DNA from: Chiloscyllium plagiosum
Lineage: Eukaryota
DNA: 64,000 bases
NCBI RefSeq assembly: GCF_004010195.1
Contig: NC_057719.1
Location: forward strand, 29,364,822-29,428,821
Direction of reading: 5' to 3'
The notes beneath the pieces are model-generated. The model did not search any database, was not told the origin of the DNA, and saw nothing but the letters and a program-made list of their open reading frames with translations. This document shows, in pieces, positions 12,663 through 25,849 of this stretch; position 1 is the first letter of the stretch; every line of letters begins with the position of its first letter. The translations under genes and the position numbers were made by a program.

Positions 12663-14899
12663 CTTGTTAAAAAAAAAGAAGCATAACCCTTTAAAGTCTG
12701 GAGTGCCAAAAAGTGCAGAAATATCTAGACAACCCAGACTGTAAAGAGTTAAGAACCAAAATAACTGACTGGATTTATAGTTTTTAATAAAACAACATGC
12801 AAAGTTTCTGTGGTGGATATTTGACATAAATTAGTAGTTGGCAATACTCCATCCAGTAGCTTTGAATTTTAACAATCTCAGTCAGTCACAGTCAACCTCT
12901 CCATTCAAAATCAAGTAGCAGCCATTCTAAATTCCAGACTTCACAAACATTACTTTCTGGCAAAACAGAATTATGACTCTCGGACAGCAGAGCAGCTCTT
13001 ATCAAATAGTACTTCTCACTTCTGATGGGGCATCACACAGTAGCAAAAAACATCCTTGGAGTGACAGACAAAGGGAATGAAATTGCAAAAGAATTAAAAA
13101 TATATGGCTAACAAAATTAATATTAAAGTGTTGTAAACAAGTCAATCGCACAATGACAGAGCCCATGGTTGAGACAATCCTTCCAGTTAAAGCAGAAGAA
13201 GTCATTCACTCAGGACACAGCTATAATCACATATTAATGAAAATCAGCAGTATAATAGTGAAAAAGGACAGCGTAGGGGCTGGAGGGGAAAGTATATAAC
13301 ATGTCAGACGACCTCATATTGCATCAATTTAATTGGCAGTGAGAACTCACTACTCATAACTATGGCACTATCATCTTCATACAAATGTCTTCTTAACTTA
13401 AAACTTGAAAGAAGATTATAAACAGATAATTAATAAATAATTGTTCTCCCGTTTGTTTAAGGGTAAACAATCCCAAAAAAATCAGATGCACACTCTGATC
13501 TTCTGAAACCACCTAAAAGCAAGAGCTTGAAGTTTTATACATCCTTTATACCACATCAATCAGTTAGTTTGGAGGATGTTAAAACTACAATATTTACTCA
13601 GATCAATGAGGAAAGACCACTGGAAGTGGTCAGTGCATGCATAAAAGAACATACTGGTTTCTAGCCACTACCACCAAGGTAATTTTTGCTGATTGAAAGC
13701 ACTGTTTAAAAGAAAATTAGTTATTTCAAGTGAAATGCACCAATTCTATCCTACAGACTATTTTCCGCTATTTTTAAAAATCACAGTGTAAAACGCAGAG
13801 TATAAAGATAGTACCACTGCAGCACACAGATGCCAGGTGAGTCATGAAAATTTTTATTCACAACATCATTTGAGGCAAGTTTCTTTTTGAGAAGCTAATC
13901 AACAAGAGTAGTAACATTTATTTTCCCACCTCATTCCTTCTTTCCTCCATTCCAAATTGGAAATAACTTATGGAGTGTTTAGCTTCATTAACACAGTATG
14001 TATTTTGTACGCTAAAGTAAGGAATGATAATGCATGCCAAGCTTTGATGCAAGACCCTGTATTGGACTTATTCTGAGATTGCTAATTGTGTGCAAGAACA
14101 ACTGGAAAAGGAAAGGAGACTAAAAAATAAGAACAAGGAACTGTATTAATGGTCATGAAAGAAAAAGGCAAACCTCAGGGGCCAATACTTCTACTTGATA
14201 AATGGTTATTTGAGGAACCTAGGCTTTATTATTTAGAATTGCAAGTTTTAATGCTACTTCAAACTTTTCCGAATTTTAGGTGGCTTCAAACTCAGTTCAG
14301 GATGCAATCTGTACTTTTCCATTCCCTGAAAGAAAAGACAGCCAAACCTTAATGCTCAGATCTAAAATCAGCCCTAAATTAAGTTCACTAATCCTTTACT
14401 TTCACATTTTTACGGTGAGAACATTAAATTCATGTCATAGCTTTTATATCTTGGTTTCAAAATTAAGTTGCTTCAAACAAGAGTTTCCTCATACTACTTT
14501 ACAGTGGCTTCAATTTCTAGTTTTGCTGTTTTCAGCAGGATTTCTCTCTTTTAGCTGAGATGGGATATCAAGATCAAACGTGGGTTGAAACCTGCACTGT
14601 GGGAAACAATCACATGGCCATGATTTTCTCCAGTTTGGCCAATTATTGGCTAGACAGCAAGCCAATTAAGGATGGTGGTTAAGATCTCAATTTGGAAGTT
14701 CTCCAGATCAGAGGTGCAGAGAAGGTGAGAGAATCTCCATTTGTTCATCTTTTGTTCAACGTTTAGAAACCTGGAATTTTAAAATACATCAGCAGCTGTG
14801 TCACTATTGTGAAAGCCCCTGGCTGCTATTATAGCTAGGCAAACAGGGGTGGCCAACTCTGTCAACTGGCCTAGTTCCAATGACACAGTGAGGAACTAA

Positions 14900-15705
14900 T
14901 GTTTTATTGCTAAGTTTGCAGTAGACACCAAGATAGGTGGAGGAACAAAAAGTGTTGTGTGAGCATGGAGACTACAGAAGGACTTGAACAGGCTAGAAGG
15001 GTGGGCAAAGTAATGCCAGAGGGAGTACAATGTGGGAAACTCTGAGGTTATGCACTTTGGTAGGAAGAACAGAGACGTAGACTATTTCTAAATGGGGACA
15101 GGCTTAGGAAATCTGAAACACAAAGGGGTTTAGGAGTCTTCGTTCAGAATTCTCTCAAGGTTAACATGCAGATTCAGTTGGCAGTTCAGAAATGCAATGT
15201 TAGCATTCATTTCAAGAGGGCTAGAGTATAACAGCAGGGGCTGTTGAAATGCTGAGAGCAGTTTTGGGCCCTGTATCTAAGGATGGTATCCAGAGATGGT
15301 TTACTAGAATGATCTCAGGGATAAACGGCTTGTAGTATGAGGAGCGGGTCGATGGAGCCGAAAAGGATTGGTTGCGGAGGAGATCTCATTGAAACTTGTA
15401 GTGTACCGAGAGGCTTGGACAGAGTGGAGAAAATGTTTCCACTAACAGGAGAAACTAGAATCTCAGACTGAAGAACTGAGATCAGGAAGAATTTCTTCAG
15501 CAGAAGCGTGGTTAATCTGTGAAACTTACTGTCACAAAAGGCCAAATCACTGAGTGTACTTTGATCAGAGATTGCTAGGGGCTTGATTATTAAGGGAATC
15601 AACGGTACAGGGAGAAGGAAGGAGGATGGGGTTAAAAAACATTGCAGCCATGATCAAATGACAGAGACAACCTGATGGGCCAAGTGGTCTAATTCCACTC
15701 CCATA
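14900..15705 (+). mobile_element. 5'-truncated CR1 LINE (RT C-terminus and 3' end)
   Basis: Decayed codons for KFADDTKIGG...LQKDLNRL..WA..WQ.EYN...C.VMHFG and RKNFFSxxVVNLW. Confidence 0.85.
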
Positions 15706-15714
15706 TCGTACAGT

Positions 15715-16022
15715 TAAGAAATCCCTACAGCGCAAATAGAGGCCATTCGACCCATCGAGTCAGCATTGACCCCCTGAGAAGAATCTGAATAAGGCTCACC
15801 CCATCCCTGTAATCCTGCATTTACCATGGTTAATCCACCTAACATACACCTCCTTGCAGGGCAATTTAGCAAAGCCAATCGACCTAAACTGCATATCTTT
15901 GGACTGTGGGAGGAAACCCACACAGACACAAGGAGAACATGCAAACTCTGCACAATCACCCAAGGCTGAAACAAAACCAGGGCCCTGGTGTTGTAAGGCA
16001 GCAGTGCTAACCACTGTGCCAT
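15715..16022 (-). mobile_element. HE1-like V-SINE
   Basis: Reverse complement begins tggcacagtggttagcactgctgcc and contains the V-domain. Confidence 0.85.
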
Positions 16023-17317
16023 CCCATTTGCCCTACAAGTTTTATGGGTCTGAGAAAACCAATTGGAAAATTCTTGTCAATGGGTTTTAACAGGCTACTC
16101 GCCTGGCTGATGTTCACGCAGATGTGGTGATTCCTGTCATCCTTGGGAAGATGAACCAAGTTTGAGATGGAGCTGGTAGACTGGACTTTTTGTCCATCCT
16201 GGCTCCTGCTGCCTCCATATGGGGCAGTATTAATCAACATAATACTCCCTATAGTGGCAGGGTAGATTAAAAAACTTGAGCTGCATAACCTATTAACATA
16301 TTTTGTGTCAATTGGAGAAATTAGGCAAAACTTTGCAGTGATCAGATTGGGAGGCAGAATTCAAGTCACAATATGTCAAATTGGTCTTTTACTTGGAGGT
16401 GATAAAAGGAAGTAAAACAAGTGTTAACAAACAAATGAGGCGATTGTTCAGGGATTGAAGAATATCATTTGACAGTTGCCATTAAGACATTCAGGTTAGA
16501 TATACTGGTGTTTCAAAAAATAAATTGGCCACAATTATCAGAATTGTTACTGGTTTCTGAAAATAACAAATTAACATTACAATCTGAGTGAAATAACAGG
16601 GTAATTTCAATAGCTATATTATTTTAGAAGAATTCTTAGCATCCTGTAATTTAGCTGTTATTCTAAATCAGTCAAGCTCAGACATCAGAATAATATTTTA
16701 AGTACAATATTGCACCTAACAGAGGAGTTTATGTGGACAAATGCATTTAAGTATTTAATAGAATCATAGAAGAATCATAGAATAGCCAAGATAAAACAGA
16801 GTTCTCTAGTGTGCTTTTTTTTTCATAGAAGCATGGAAGACAGGAGGAGTAGGCGATTCGACCCTGGAGTCTGTTCCACCATTTAATATGATCATAGCTG
16901 ATCATCAAGCTGAATAGCCCATAGAAGTGGTCCTAAACAAGTATGATACTAAGCCACGTAAGGCAGTAAAAGGCAGATGTCTTTCCTACCCACCCCCAAA
17001 TCCCTTAGTCTCTTTAGGGTTAACAGCTATAACTACCTTCTTCTTTACAACAATGTTTTTGCCTCAACCATTTTCTGTGGTAGTGAAATTCCATGGGCTT
17101 AGCACACGGTGAAGAAATTTCTCATCTTGGATCAATCATTTTTCCAAAAGGTTGCTGAATGATTGAGAACAACCATGCTTCAGGAATTATTACACTAAGG
17201 GACTGTGCAGGAGAAGTGGTTTTGCTTTGACATTTCTAAGATGTTGGTCCTTTCAGTAAACTAGATTCTATTTTTAACAATCTCCACACACTGGTGACTA
17301 ATGAGACCAAAGACATT

Positions 17318-17678
17318 GTTAAAAATCACACAACACCAGGTAATAGTCCAACAGATTTAATTAGACGCACTAGCTTTCAGAGCACTGCGCCTTCATCAGG
17401 TGGTTGTGGAGTATAAGATTATAAGACATAGAATTTATAGCAAGAGTTTACAGCGTGATGTAACTGAAATTATATATTGGTAAAGACCTGGAAACCAACA
17501 TGGTCGTTCTAACAGATGAGAGTTTTAACAAACAATCCAGGTCTTTTTCAATAAAGTCTCTCACCTGTTAGAACGACCATGTTATACTCCACAACCACCT
17601 GATGAAGGAGCAGTGCTCAGAAAGCTCGTGCTTCTAATTAAACCTTTTGGACTATAACCTGGTGTTGAGATTTTTAAC
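17318..17678. mobile_element. Family-B palindromic PLE-terminus element with a hammerhead-like motif in each arm
   Basis: Inverted arms of about 95 bp (gttaaaaatcacacaacaccagg... / ...cctggtgttgagatttttaac). Motif CTGATGAAGGAGCAGTGCTCAGAAAGCTC at 17599-17627 and its inverse at about 17371-17399. Confidence 0.85.
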
Positions 17679-17799
17679 TTTGTGTGGAGCATCAGTTTCA
17701 AAGAAGAATCACTCAACTCATACCATTAACTCTGTTTCACTCTGCACAGATGTTGCAGTCCTGTTGGGTCATTTCAACAACTTATTTTGGGAAATCTAG

Positions 17800-18150
17800 G
17801 ATTCTTTATGTCACGGCAGAAAAAGGAGACTAAATACAGGTATTCAAAGTAATGAAAGGTTTTGCTGGCTCTCTCTTTCTTTGGCAAATATGTCTGTCGC
17901 TGGATATCACAGATTGGGAAAGGATTCAGAAGGGAAATGGGAATTTTTTTTGCACAGAAGGTTTTAAAGATCTGGAACACACTACCTGAAAAGTTAAACA
18001 AGTCATATTGTATCATAAGTTTCAAAAGGCAAGTACTTGAAGAATAATTTGCAAGGCTTGGGAAAAATTGCTGGGATGGGGAACTAAACTGAATTGTTAC
18101 TTCAAAGAGCAAGCACACAAAATGGCCTCCTTCTGTACTGCAATATTGTA
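17800..18150 (+). mobile_element. Old CR1 3' fragment
   Basis: ORF remnant FRREMGIFFAQKVLKIWNTLP...SFKRQ matches the CR1 ORF2 C-terminus. Confidence 0.7.
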
Positions 18151-18406
18151 TCATTTAATAGTTTCTTTTTATCGAGACAATTCGTAATGTGAAGAGGATG
18201 TGTTATAATACAAGTGTCATTGCTAATAACAGCAAGTTCTCAGCTTGAAAATAATTTTGCCTGAAGCAAAAAACATTTCTATCATAATGACATTGATTGG
18301 TTCTAATCATAGATGAAGAGGTTCACTAATACAATTACCTTATACAATCTTCTGGGATAGAAATGATGAGTATTAAGGCATTTGAATTAGATGTGTGATT
18401 ACTCAC

Positions 18407-18461
18407 TGTGTCAGCCTGGTAGGGACTCAGTCTATTGTAAACTGCTTCAACAACACTCTGC
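18407..18461 (-). CDS. PPM1A: PPM1A exon 5 (55 nt): QSVVEAVYNRLSPYQADT
   Basis: Acceptor ttcatttttag|G, donor ACA|gtgagt. EAVYNRL motif; phase consistent. Confidence 0.95.
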
Positions 18462-20083
18462 CTAAAAATGAAAACAGAAGTTAAAATGAAACATTAATTT
18501 CTCATTGCATATTCAAGTTGATATTGATATAAAATAAATACTCAAATGCTTCTGAAGTTGTAAAATGTGTCAGTCACCTTTTTAAAAAAAATTCATATAT
18601 GGATGTGAGCATCACTAGCATTTATTTGCCCAGCTCTAAATGCCCTGACAGCAGTTAAGAGTGAACCGAACTATTGTAAATTTGGAGTTACAAGAAGGCC
18701 AGACCAGATAAGAATTGCAGATATCAGTGAACCAGATGGGTTTTTATGACAATCAAATAGTTATAGGTTACTATTAGGGCAGCTTTTCTTAACATTAAAG
18801 CTTCAACAGATCATCCAGATCTCCATTTGATTCACACATTATTAAAGTAAATTGTAAGTATGCAACATTTAAGAAGTTTTAGATGGCTCTTTACTAGTAA
18901 GAGCAGTTTTTGAAAATTCACATTGCAAAGTCATTCACTAATTACAATACAATCCCAGGTGACTGAACTATCAAATGTTTGTGAAAAAACATTACAACAG
19001 CAAATGAAAATGCCACTTACTTTTGATTGGCCACGGGAGAACCGATGTGCATAGCTTCATTTTTGTTGCCTTTGTGTGGCAAACAATATCTACTTCAGAT
19101 TTTTATTGCTTTTTTAAAAACAAACCATAATAAATTGCAACAGTAAGGTGGTTGTCAATGGGATATGGCTTTTGTTTAAGTGCTCCGCAAAACTGACAAA
19201 GGAAAACTGATTTTCAGCAAAGTTCGTTCAAACAAACATCATTTGGGTTTATTGCAAAAGCTGTTTTACTAAAATCATTTTTACTTTATAACACTATTTT
19301 CCAATTTAAAAATACATCTGAATTTAAACTGAAGTATTGTTTTATTGAATATTTGCCAAATCTACATTTGTTCAACTAAGTGGGCCTACGCTTGCCTGAA
19401 TCCCTATATAGCCATAGAATCATCTGCAATGGCTTCACTTCCAACTTCTTTAACTCTAGGGTCCTTCAAAAATCTATTTCTAGCCCTGCCCATTTCTCAA
19501 TTACTTGCTGCTGATCAGAGACATCATCTGAAGTACAAAACCAGCTTGTGTGTACACAGGAAAAAAAAATCTCTACCTCATGTCCACTTCGTTTGGCTCT
19601 TCCACTGTCTCGAAATTGTAAAACTGCTTGCTCAACATATAATACTGGATGAGCAGAAATTTCAAATATTTGGAGTCCAAAGTCATTGTCTTCAGTTCCC
19701 ATCATAAACTCAATTCTCTCACAACTGACTCGACCCCTTGCCCTGGCAAACATAAAGCCGAAGCAGACCACTTGCAACCTTGCTGTTAAATTGACAAGGG
19801 TTTAAATTTCTCATGACACAGCCACTTCATCACTAAGATCACCTGCTTTGACTCCATGATACTGCCAGTTCCAGCTGAGCTGTGGCTCAGCTTCACCTAC
19901 AGCTCAGTCATGTGCTGCCAAGACTCTGATTCATGATTTTGCTCAACTATAATCGTAATTATTTAATTCTCTTTCAGCCTGGTTTCCACCTTCTACAAAT
20001 CATGACCTATATCCTAGCTGATGTTACATGAAGGAATGGAGAATAACAGTGCACAGAGCTGGGAGGAAGGGACAGAATCCTGG

Positions 20084-20103
20084 TGTGTGTGTGTGTGTGT
20101 GTG
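20084..20103. repeat. (TG)n microsatellite followed by a G-rich tract
   Basis: Directly visible. Confidence 0.9.
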
Positions 20104-21595
20104 GGGTGGTGGGCGGGGGGGGAAGGGGTGGAGTATGCATGCGACAATGTGTGTATGTGAACCTACAGAATAACAGAGAGGCAAATACACACCCAACCTT
20201 GCCTCTTTCTTTTCCAAAAATGGTGGGGGAGGAGGAAATTTCAGGCTGAAACGTCCAGCCTTCCTATGAATTCTGTGAAGGCCAATTTGAAGTGTGTACC
20301 ACAAGAGACGAACCAATTTCAGCGTTAGTTAAACCTAACTCCTTAGATCCCCCACCAAAACCACCCCACCAATCTCCACCCAATTCTTGATATCCAGGAG
20401 TTGGGGCCTAGTCTTTTTCTGTCTCTAGCTCTGCTTCTTAACCAAAAATGCAAAAACAATGTTAGTAGTTAACTCTGGTGTTTAGCAAGTTTTAATTGTC
20501 ATTTTTTAAAATCAATCACTTAATTATTGACGGATTGCTTTGAAACTTTCTTTCATAAATTTAGTTTAGTGTTGTGCTACATCTTACTTCTCTGAAATTT
20601 TTTCACTGTGAGAGAGAAAAATTAAAAAGTGATAACCTTTCACTCAAGGCCATTTCATCATCCAGCGTGGCAATGTCAGGAATTTCCTGATTGCATTAGA
20701 AATATAAATTACACAATTTTGAAAAACTTGTACAAAAAATGTACTGCTTTAGTTACGTTAAAGTATATTTACACTTTACTATTAACCAAAGGTGACAAAT
20801 ACATTTTTCAAACAGAAATGAAACTAGCAACCAACCATAACCAGGCAAAAATCTCATTTAAATACCCGCAGTATCTTTTTCATACCTTAGATTGAATTTT
20901 ATGCCATTTGAACATGAATTGTATGGTCTTGTGAACAAAATTGCACATGGAACTTAAATGCAAAAAAACCATATATTTATGAAGACAAACAATAGGTTTA
21001 ATTTAACAGCATTCAATACAATTCAAGAAGCACAAAACAAAAAAAGGACATTGCAGTTTTAAAATCATAATTCCCAATTTTAAGGGTACATCGGATCAAA
21101 ATCACCCAAGAGTCAAAATTTACGAGTTCTGCTTGGCACATTTGTGTATACTAGTCTGTTTTATTTTCACATTTTAAGTACCAACTGTTTATTTTCTATC
21201 ATCTACAAATTTCAGCATCAACACAAATAAAAGACAATTAATTTCATTTTGCACTGCAAAGGGTTAAAATGGGACTGTTAATCAGTATGTATGAAACATA
21301 ACTACTTATATCATCCAATCAACATATATTGTCTAATGCTTTCATATCACCTACAATTTATTCATCACCACTTTTCAACAAAGATGTTGTACTGAAATGC
21401 TGAGTCAAAGTTTATTCTCTTGGCTCTAGGAATAATGTCCATTCTTACTGTTAAAGAAAAGTCATTTAAAGAGCCAAGTGTCGTGCTGGAAAAAAAAAGA
21501 CATAATTGCAGGTGATTAGCAGCCCCCTTTAAGATCCTTTCAACAGTGCAATTAGATTTTTAGTTAAAGATTATTTCCACGTATTATACACTCAC

Positions 21596-21707
21596 TTGCT
21601 GGCTAGTTCACCTCCTGGTGGGAGGTTTGGGATGCTCTCCGACGACAAAGCACGCATCACCTGGACTAGACCTGGTACCCCCTCAGCACCCTGCTTCTCA
21701 AAGATTT
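21596..21707 (-). CDS. PPM1A: PPM1A exon 4 (112 nt): [38 protein letters not shown]
   Basis: Acceptor ttccccag|AA, donor AA|gtgagt. [13 protein letters not shown] motif of the PP2C C-terminal helical domain. Confidence 0.96.
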
Positions 21708-24700
21708 CTGGGGAATCAGAAGGACTTCCAGGTCAGTGGGACATGCATATCAAAGTTGTATGCATATAACAGAACTTCAGAAATGTATATACTAAAACAT
21801 AAACAGCAACTATGAAATGTGAACCCATCACACCAAAACAGAATTTTATATAGTTTTGCATGAGCTAACTATAATAGCAATATTCTTGTCTAAGAAGCAT
21901 CATCTGGATAAGTGTAACAGTGGAACATTTTGTCAGTCAGAAAAATATTTTACTTCTGTTCATATCTGTGCATAGAGAACAAATGGTTAATTAACATTTT
22001 AAAAACTGCATTGCAATTTGAATGTTTTGGATTGAAAAGTATCATTAGTCCACATTTAACATGAATAACAACATAAATAAAAAGAAAAAATATATTTGTA
22101 AGATTATAGTTTTTAATTTGGGAACAATCTGAAGACTTGAACTCTAATTGAGACTAACTGAAGCAGAACAAATTTAGTGAAATCGTCCATAAATACTTCC
22201 TAAGATTTAGCCAAATGAAAAAATCAAAGATGTCAGAATTGATTCAGTAAATAATTTTATTAGAAGCGTTCAACATATCTTCATAAATATGGCTAACATA
22301 TTATCTACATCAGTATGTTGAATTTTAATCATCCTATATATAATTTACTATACAAAAATAAAAGATTTACAGCCACTTGCTACCCATATATTATAAACCA
22401 TAACTAAACTACTCAATATTATGCATATCAGATAATTGTGACACTAGAGTTTGTGTGCAAACATTAAGCAATGACTGCATTACATTAATACCTTTTGTCA
22501 CAAAATATTTCCTTAAACACCCTTCTTACAGTTCTAATTTGACTAAAATGCAGAGATAAAAATGCCAACAAGTTGATAAACTTAGAACGTCATCCTTTCT
22601 TCTGCAATCAAGTCAAAATAAACTGCCTTTACCAGTCACAGGCAAGAGCAATCAAAAGGTACTTCCACAGAACAAAGCTCATTAATAACAGGCATGAATT
22701 TTAGTAATTAATCATCATTTAGTTTATTCCTATATGTATGTCCATTGTACCGATCTATCTGTAGGGAGCTAACCAATTGTTTGTTACAATGTTACCTGAA
22801 GTACCACTACTATGGTAAAAAATGCTTTTAAAATCACCTACTGCAAAGCTTACATAATGCCTTTCGCTGTCTTAAAATCCTAATAGTTTACTGAATACAA
22901 ATCATTCCCACTATTCTCACCCTGGGGAGGGGATGGAGGTGAAGGCAGGTTGAAAAGTAATTCACACAAAGAAAATTTCTTATTTTAAAAAAATGTAGAC
23001 AACTAGGAAGCACAGGAATGTTGGCATCAATTTTCCATTTATAAACTTTCTCTAAAATGAAGGCAAAACAAAAATGGTGTACTGTTTACATTGAACTCAT
23101 ACAAAATGAAAATGGTTTGAATTCTGTTCCTCCACACAGATTTTCAAATACTGAATTTTTGAGGCAGGAGAAGGTATAGTCAAGATAATGTGAAAACATT
23201 AAATTGCCAAATCAGGTTACAGAGGGTTATGGGGAAATAGCAGGAACATGGAGTTGAGTATTAGCAGATCAGCCATGATCTCAGTAAATTGCAGAGCAGA
23301 TTTTATGGGGTGAATAGCTTACTTCTGCTCTTACACCTTGTGGTCTTACGGTTTCTGGGGACCAGATGATTGTATAACTGTAGCATGAAACATTTAAAAA
23401 CATTTTCCAGAATATAAGAGAGATGGATTCAACATGAAATTAAGCAAAGTTAGTATTTCAAGATATAAGTCAGGCATAATGTAATAACATTAAATCAATT
23501 AAAATGAGTTATTGCTGGTGTGCAATAGTTTATCAGAAGGTAATCCAGCTATTAGCATACATTTGATATTACTTCAAATAATACATTATGTGTTGTGCAT
23601 CATTTTTCAATATACACCTTTTGTTCATTATTGCTTCACTTAAGGCCTTCACCAGGTATATTAAAAATGACAGATCCCAGCGACTCCAAATACACCAGCC
23701 TCCCATAATTCAAATAGGCTTATTTTCTATTCAATAAATAAAATAGCATTCTTCATTATATTAAGAAGGAAAATAATAGTCACTTGGAATGTAACGTATA
23801 AAATTTGGTAACAGGGATTGCAACGTAGAGATAACACTGCCAACACACTTCAAGATGAAAATAACATCTCCAAAAAATTGATGCATACATTGTAAAAACT
23901 GAATACTTACAAAAATTGAATATGGCTTGCGCATACATATGTTAATTGTATTTTCACTAAACTAGACCAACTACACACATATTAACCATTCTCAAATGTT
24001 CAGATAGTTTTATTCACTGAATGACATCTAACAACCCTGAGGCAAGTTTCAGAAATCAGATTTGGGCCTCAAACTGCGGGAAATTTGACCTTTGATGTAC
24101 TCCCTTATTAGGCTGATATGTACAACCTGAATTGATGTCAACATAATCCTAACCATAGACTTATACAGGCATCAACTGAGGGACAAATTCAGACCTGAAG
24201 CTCCATTTTTGCTACAGCACATCAGATTGTAGTGTGCTGTATTGTCATAGCTCCTATTTAGTACATAGCTGCCTTGAGATTATAAACTAAGTAGGATAAC
24301 CTCACAGACTCATGGTTGCAGATTTCATATTTAACATATTTCATATTAACCTTTATAAAAAGCTTTTAAGGGCACAATGTCTCATTTTTAAAAAAAATAT
24401 TTTAAGTTTCATTAGATATGAACATTAGTGGCAGGACTAGAATTTAATGTCCATCCCAAGATGCCTTTGAGAAGACTGAGATAAAATACATATCGCAACC
24501 ACAGCGATCTAAGTTGTGCAGGTACCTCCACACCTGCTTTGTCTCCCCTTCAATTGTGCATGTTATGCACAACCTAGTGGGAAAACAGTACAGACTAGGA
24601 TTTAAATCTAGTAATCTGAAATTTTATTGCAGCTATCAGGTAGCCTGAAATTGTACATTTTTGATTGCACTTTTAATATAGCAAATCCCTGTTATCCACA

Positions 24701-25731
24701 ATCCTGATCTACATGAATGATCACTTAATCTGCGGCAACCAGTCAATTAGGGAAGAGAGAAAAAAAACAAATTGGGTCTGAGCCAATTTGCAATTATGTG
24801 GATCTGTGGGTAGTGAATTCATGAGGTGTAAGCATAGTTAAGATTCAGTTCCAAATGGTATCATTTCAATATTCTTCATAAAGTAGTATTGGGATTATTG
24901 GCTGTGGATAAATATTGTTTACAGTCATTCCTTATTACTGTCTAACTGAACAAATTGTAGATTTGTAGATTGTAGATATTGCATATCACTTGACTTCTTG
25001 AAAACTTAAAATAGAAATATAAACCTTTTTTGAAATGACAGACTTATACCCAGGACACCTTAATGCATAAACTTCCATCACAGAGGATATTCTGTTTCAA
25101 CCTCGTACAACATTCCGCTATAGAATTATACAGTATATAGACAAACAAGTGACAATTCCATTTTTTTGGCTGGCAGAACCGAAACAGTGACATTTCCTGT
25201 GCAGAGCTACACTTTATAAAGGCTGTTTTCAAGAAAAAAACTAACAAACAACCAACAAATCATCACACTAGCAGCAATGTAGTTTTCTGTAGTTAATTTA
25301 ACAATGCACATAACCTTGCACATTAGAATTATTGGGAGTTGGTTGTCCTGCAAGTGGTGTGGTCCCCACAGCCAAAATGTCAAGAGTAAAGATTAATCTA
25401 CAATATATGCTACAAGATACGCAACTGAAAGCACAGTATTTTTTTTTCAAGAAGTTACCCCTCTAAGCTCAGACTTGTAATTATGACTACAGGAGATTTT
25501 GTTTTTATATAAAAGTACAATTTTAAAACTATACCATTGTAACAAAATCTCAGATATTAGACATCATATCCATTAAGTGTAATGAAAGACAGAATCACTT
25601 ATCTTCAGTTGCTCCTTGAAGTTAAAGATTTATAGAATTTAGTTGGCTAGTTCACGTTAATGAACTTAGAGGGTTAACACTTTAACTTAAACTATATTAC
25701 TTAGTAGCAAGTGTTTTTTTAGATGCTCCAC

Positions 25732-25849
25732 CTTCCACTTTGTTCTCCAGATAGTTGTCCAGCTCAGCCTCTCTCTTCACTGCTTCAGGTGATACCTTTG
25801 GTGCATTTGGAAAGCAAATCAACACGACACTCATGTTGTCTCGACTCCC
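25732..25849 (-). CDS. PPM1A: PPM1A exon 3 (118 nt): [39 protein letters not shown]
   Basis: Acceptor ctcaaacag|GGGAGT, donor GAAG|gtggag. Carries the GSRDN metal-binding motif and is in phase with exon 2. Confidence 0.97.

Noticed and set aside
19345..19777. Overlapping 120-aa (+) and 103-aa (-) ORFs in PPM1A intron 4
   Set aside because: No recognisable domain or splice context, and adjacent sequence resembles a decayed L2-type LINE.
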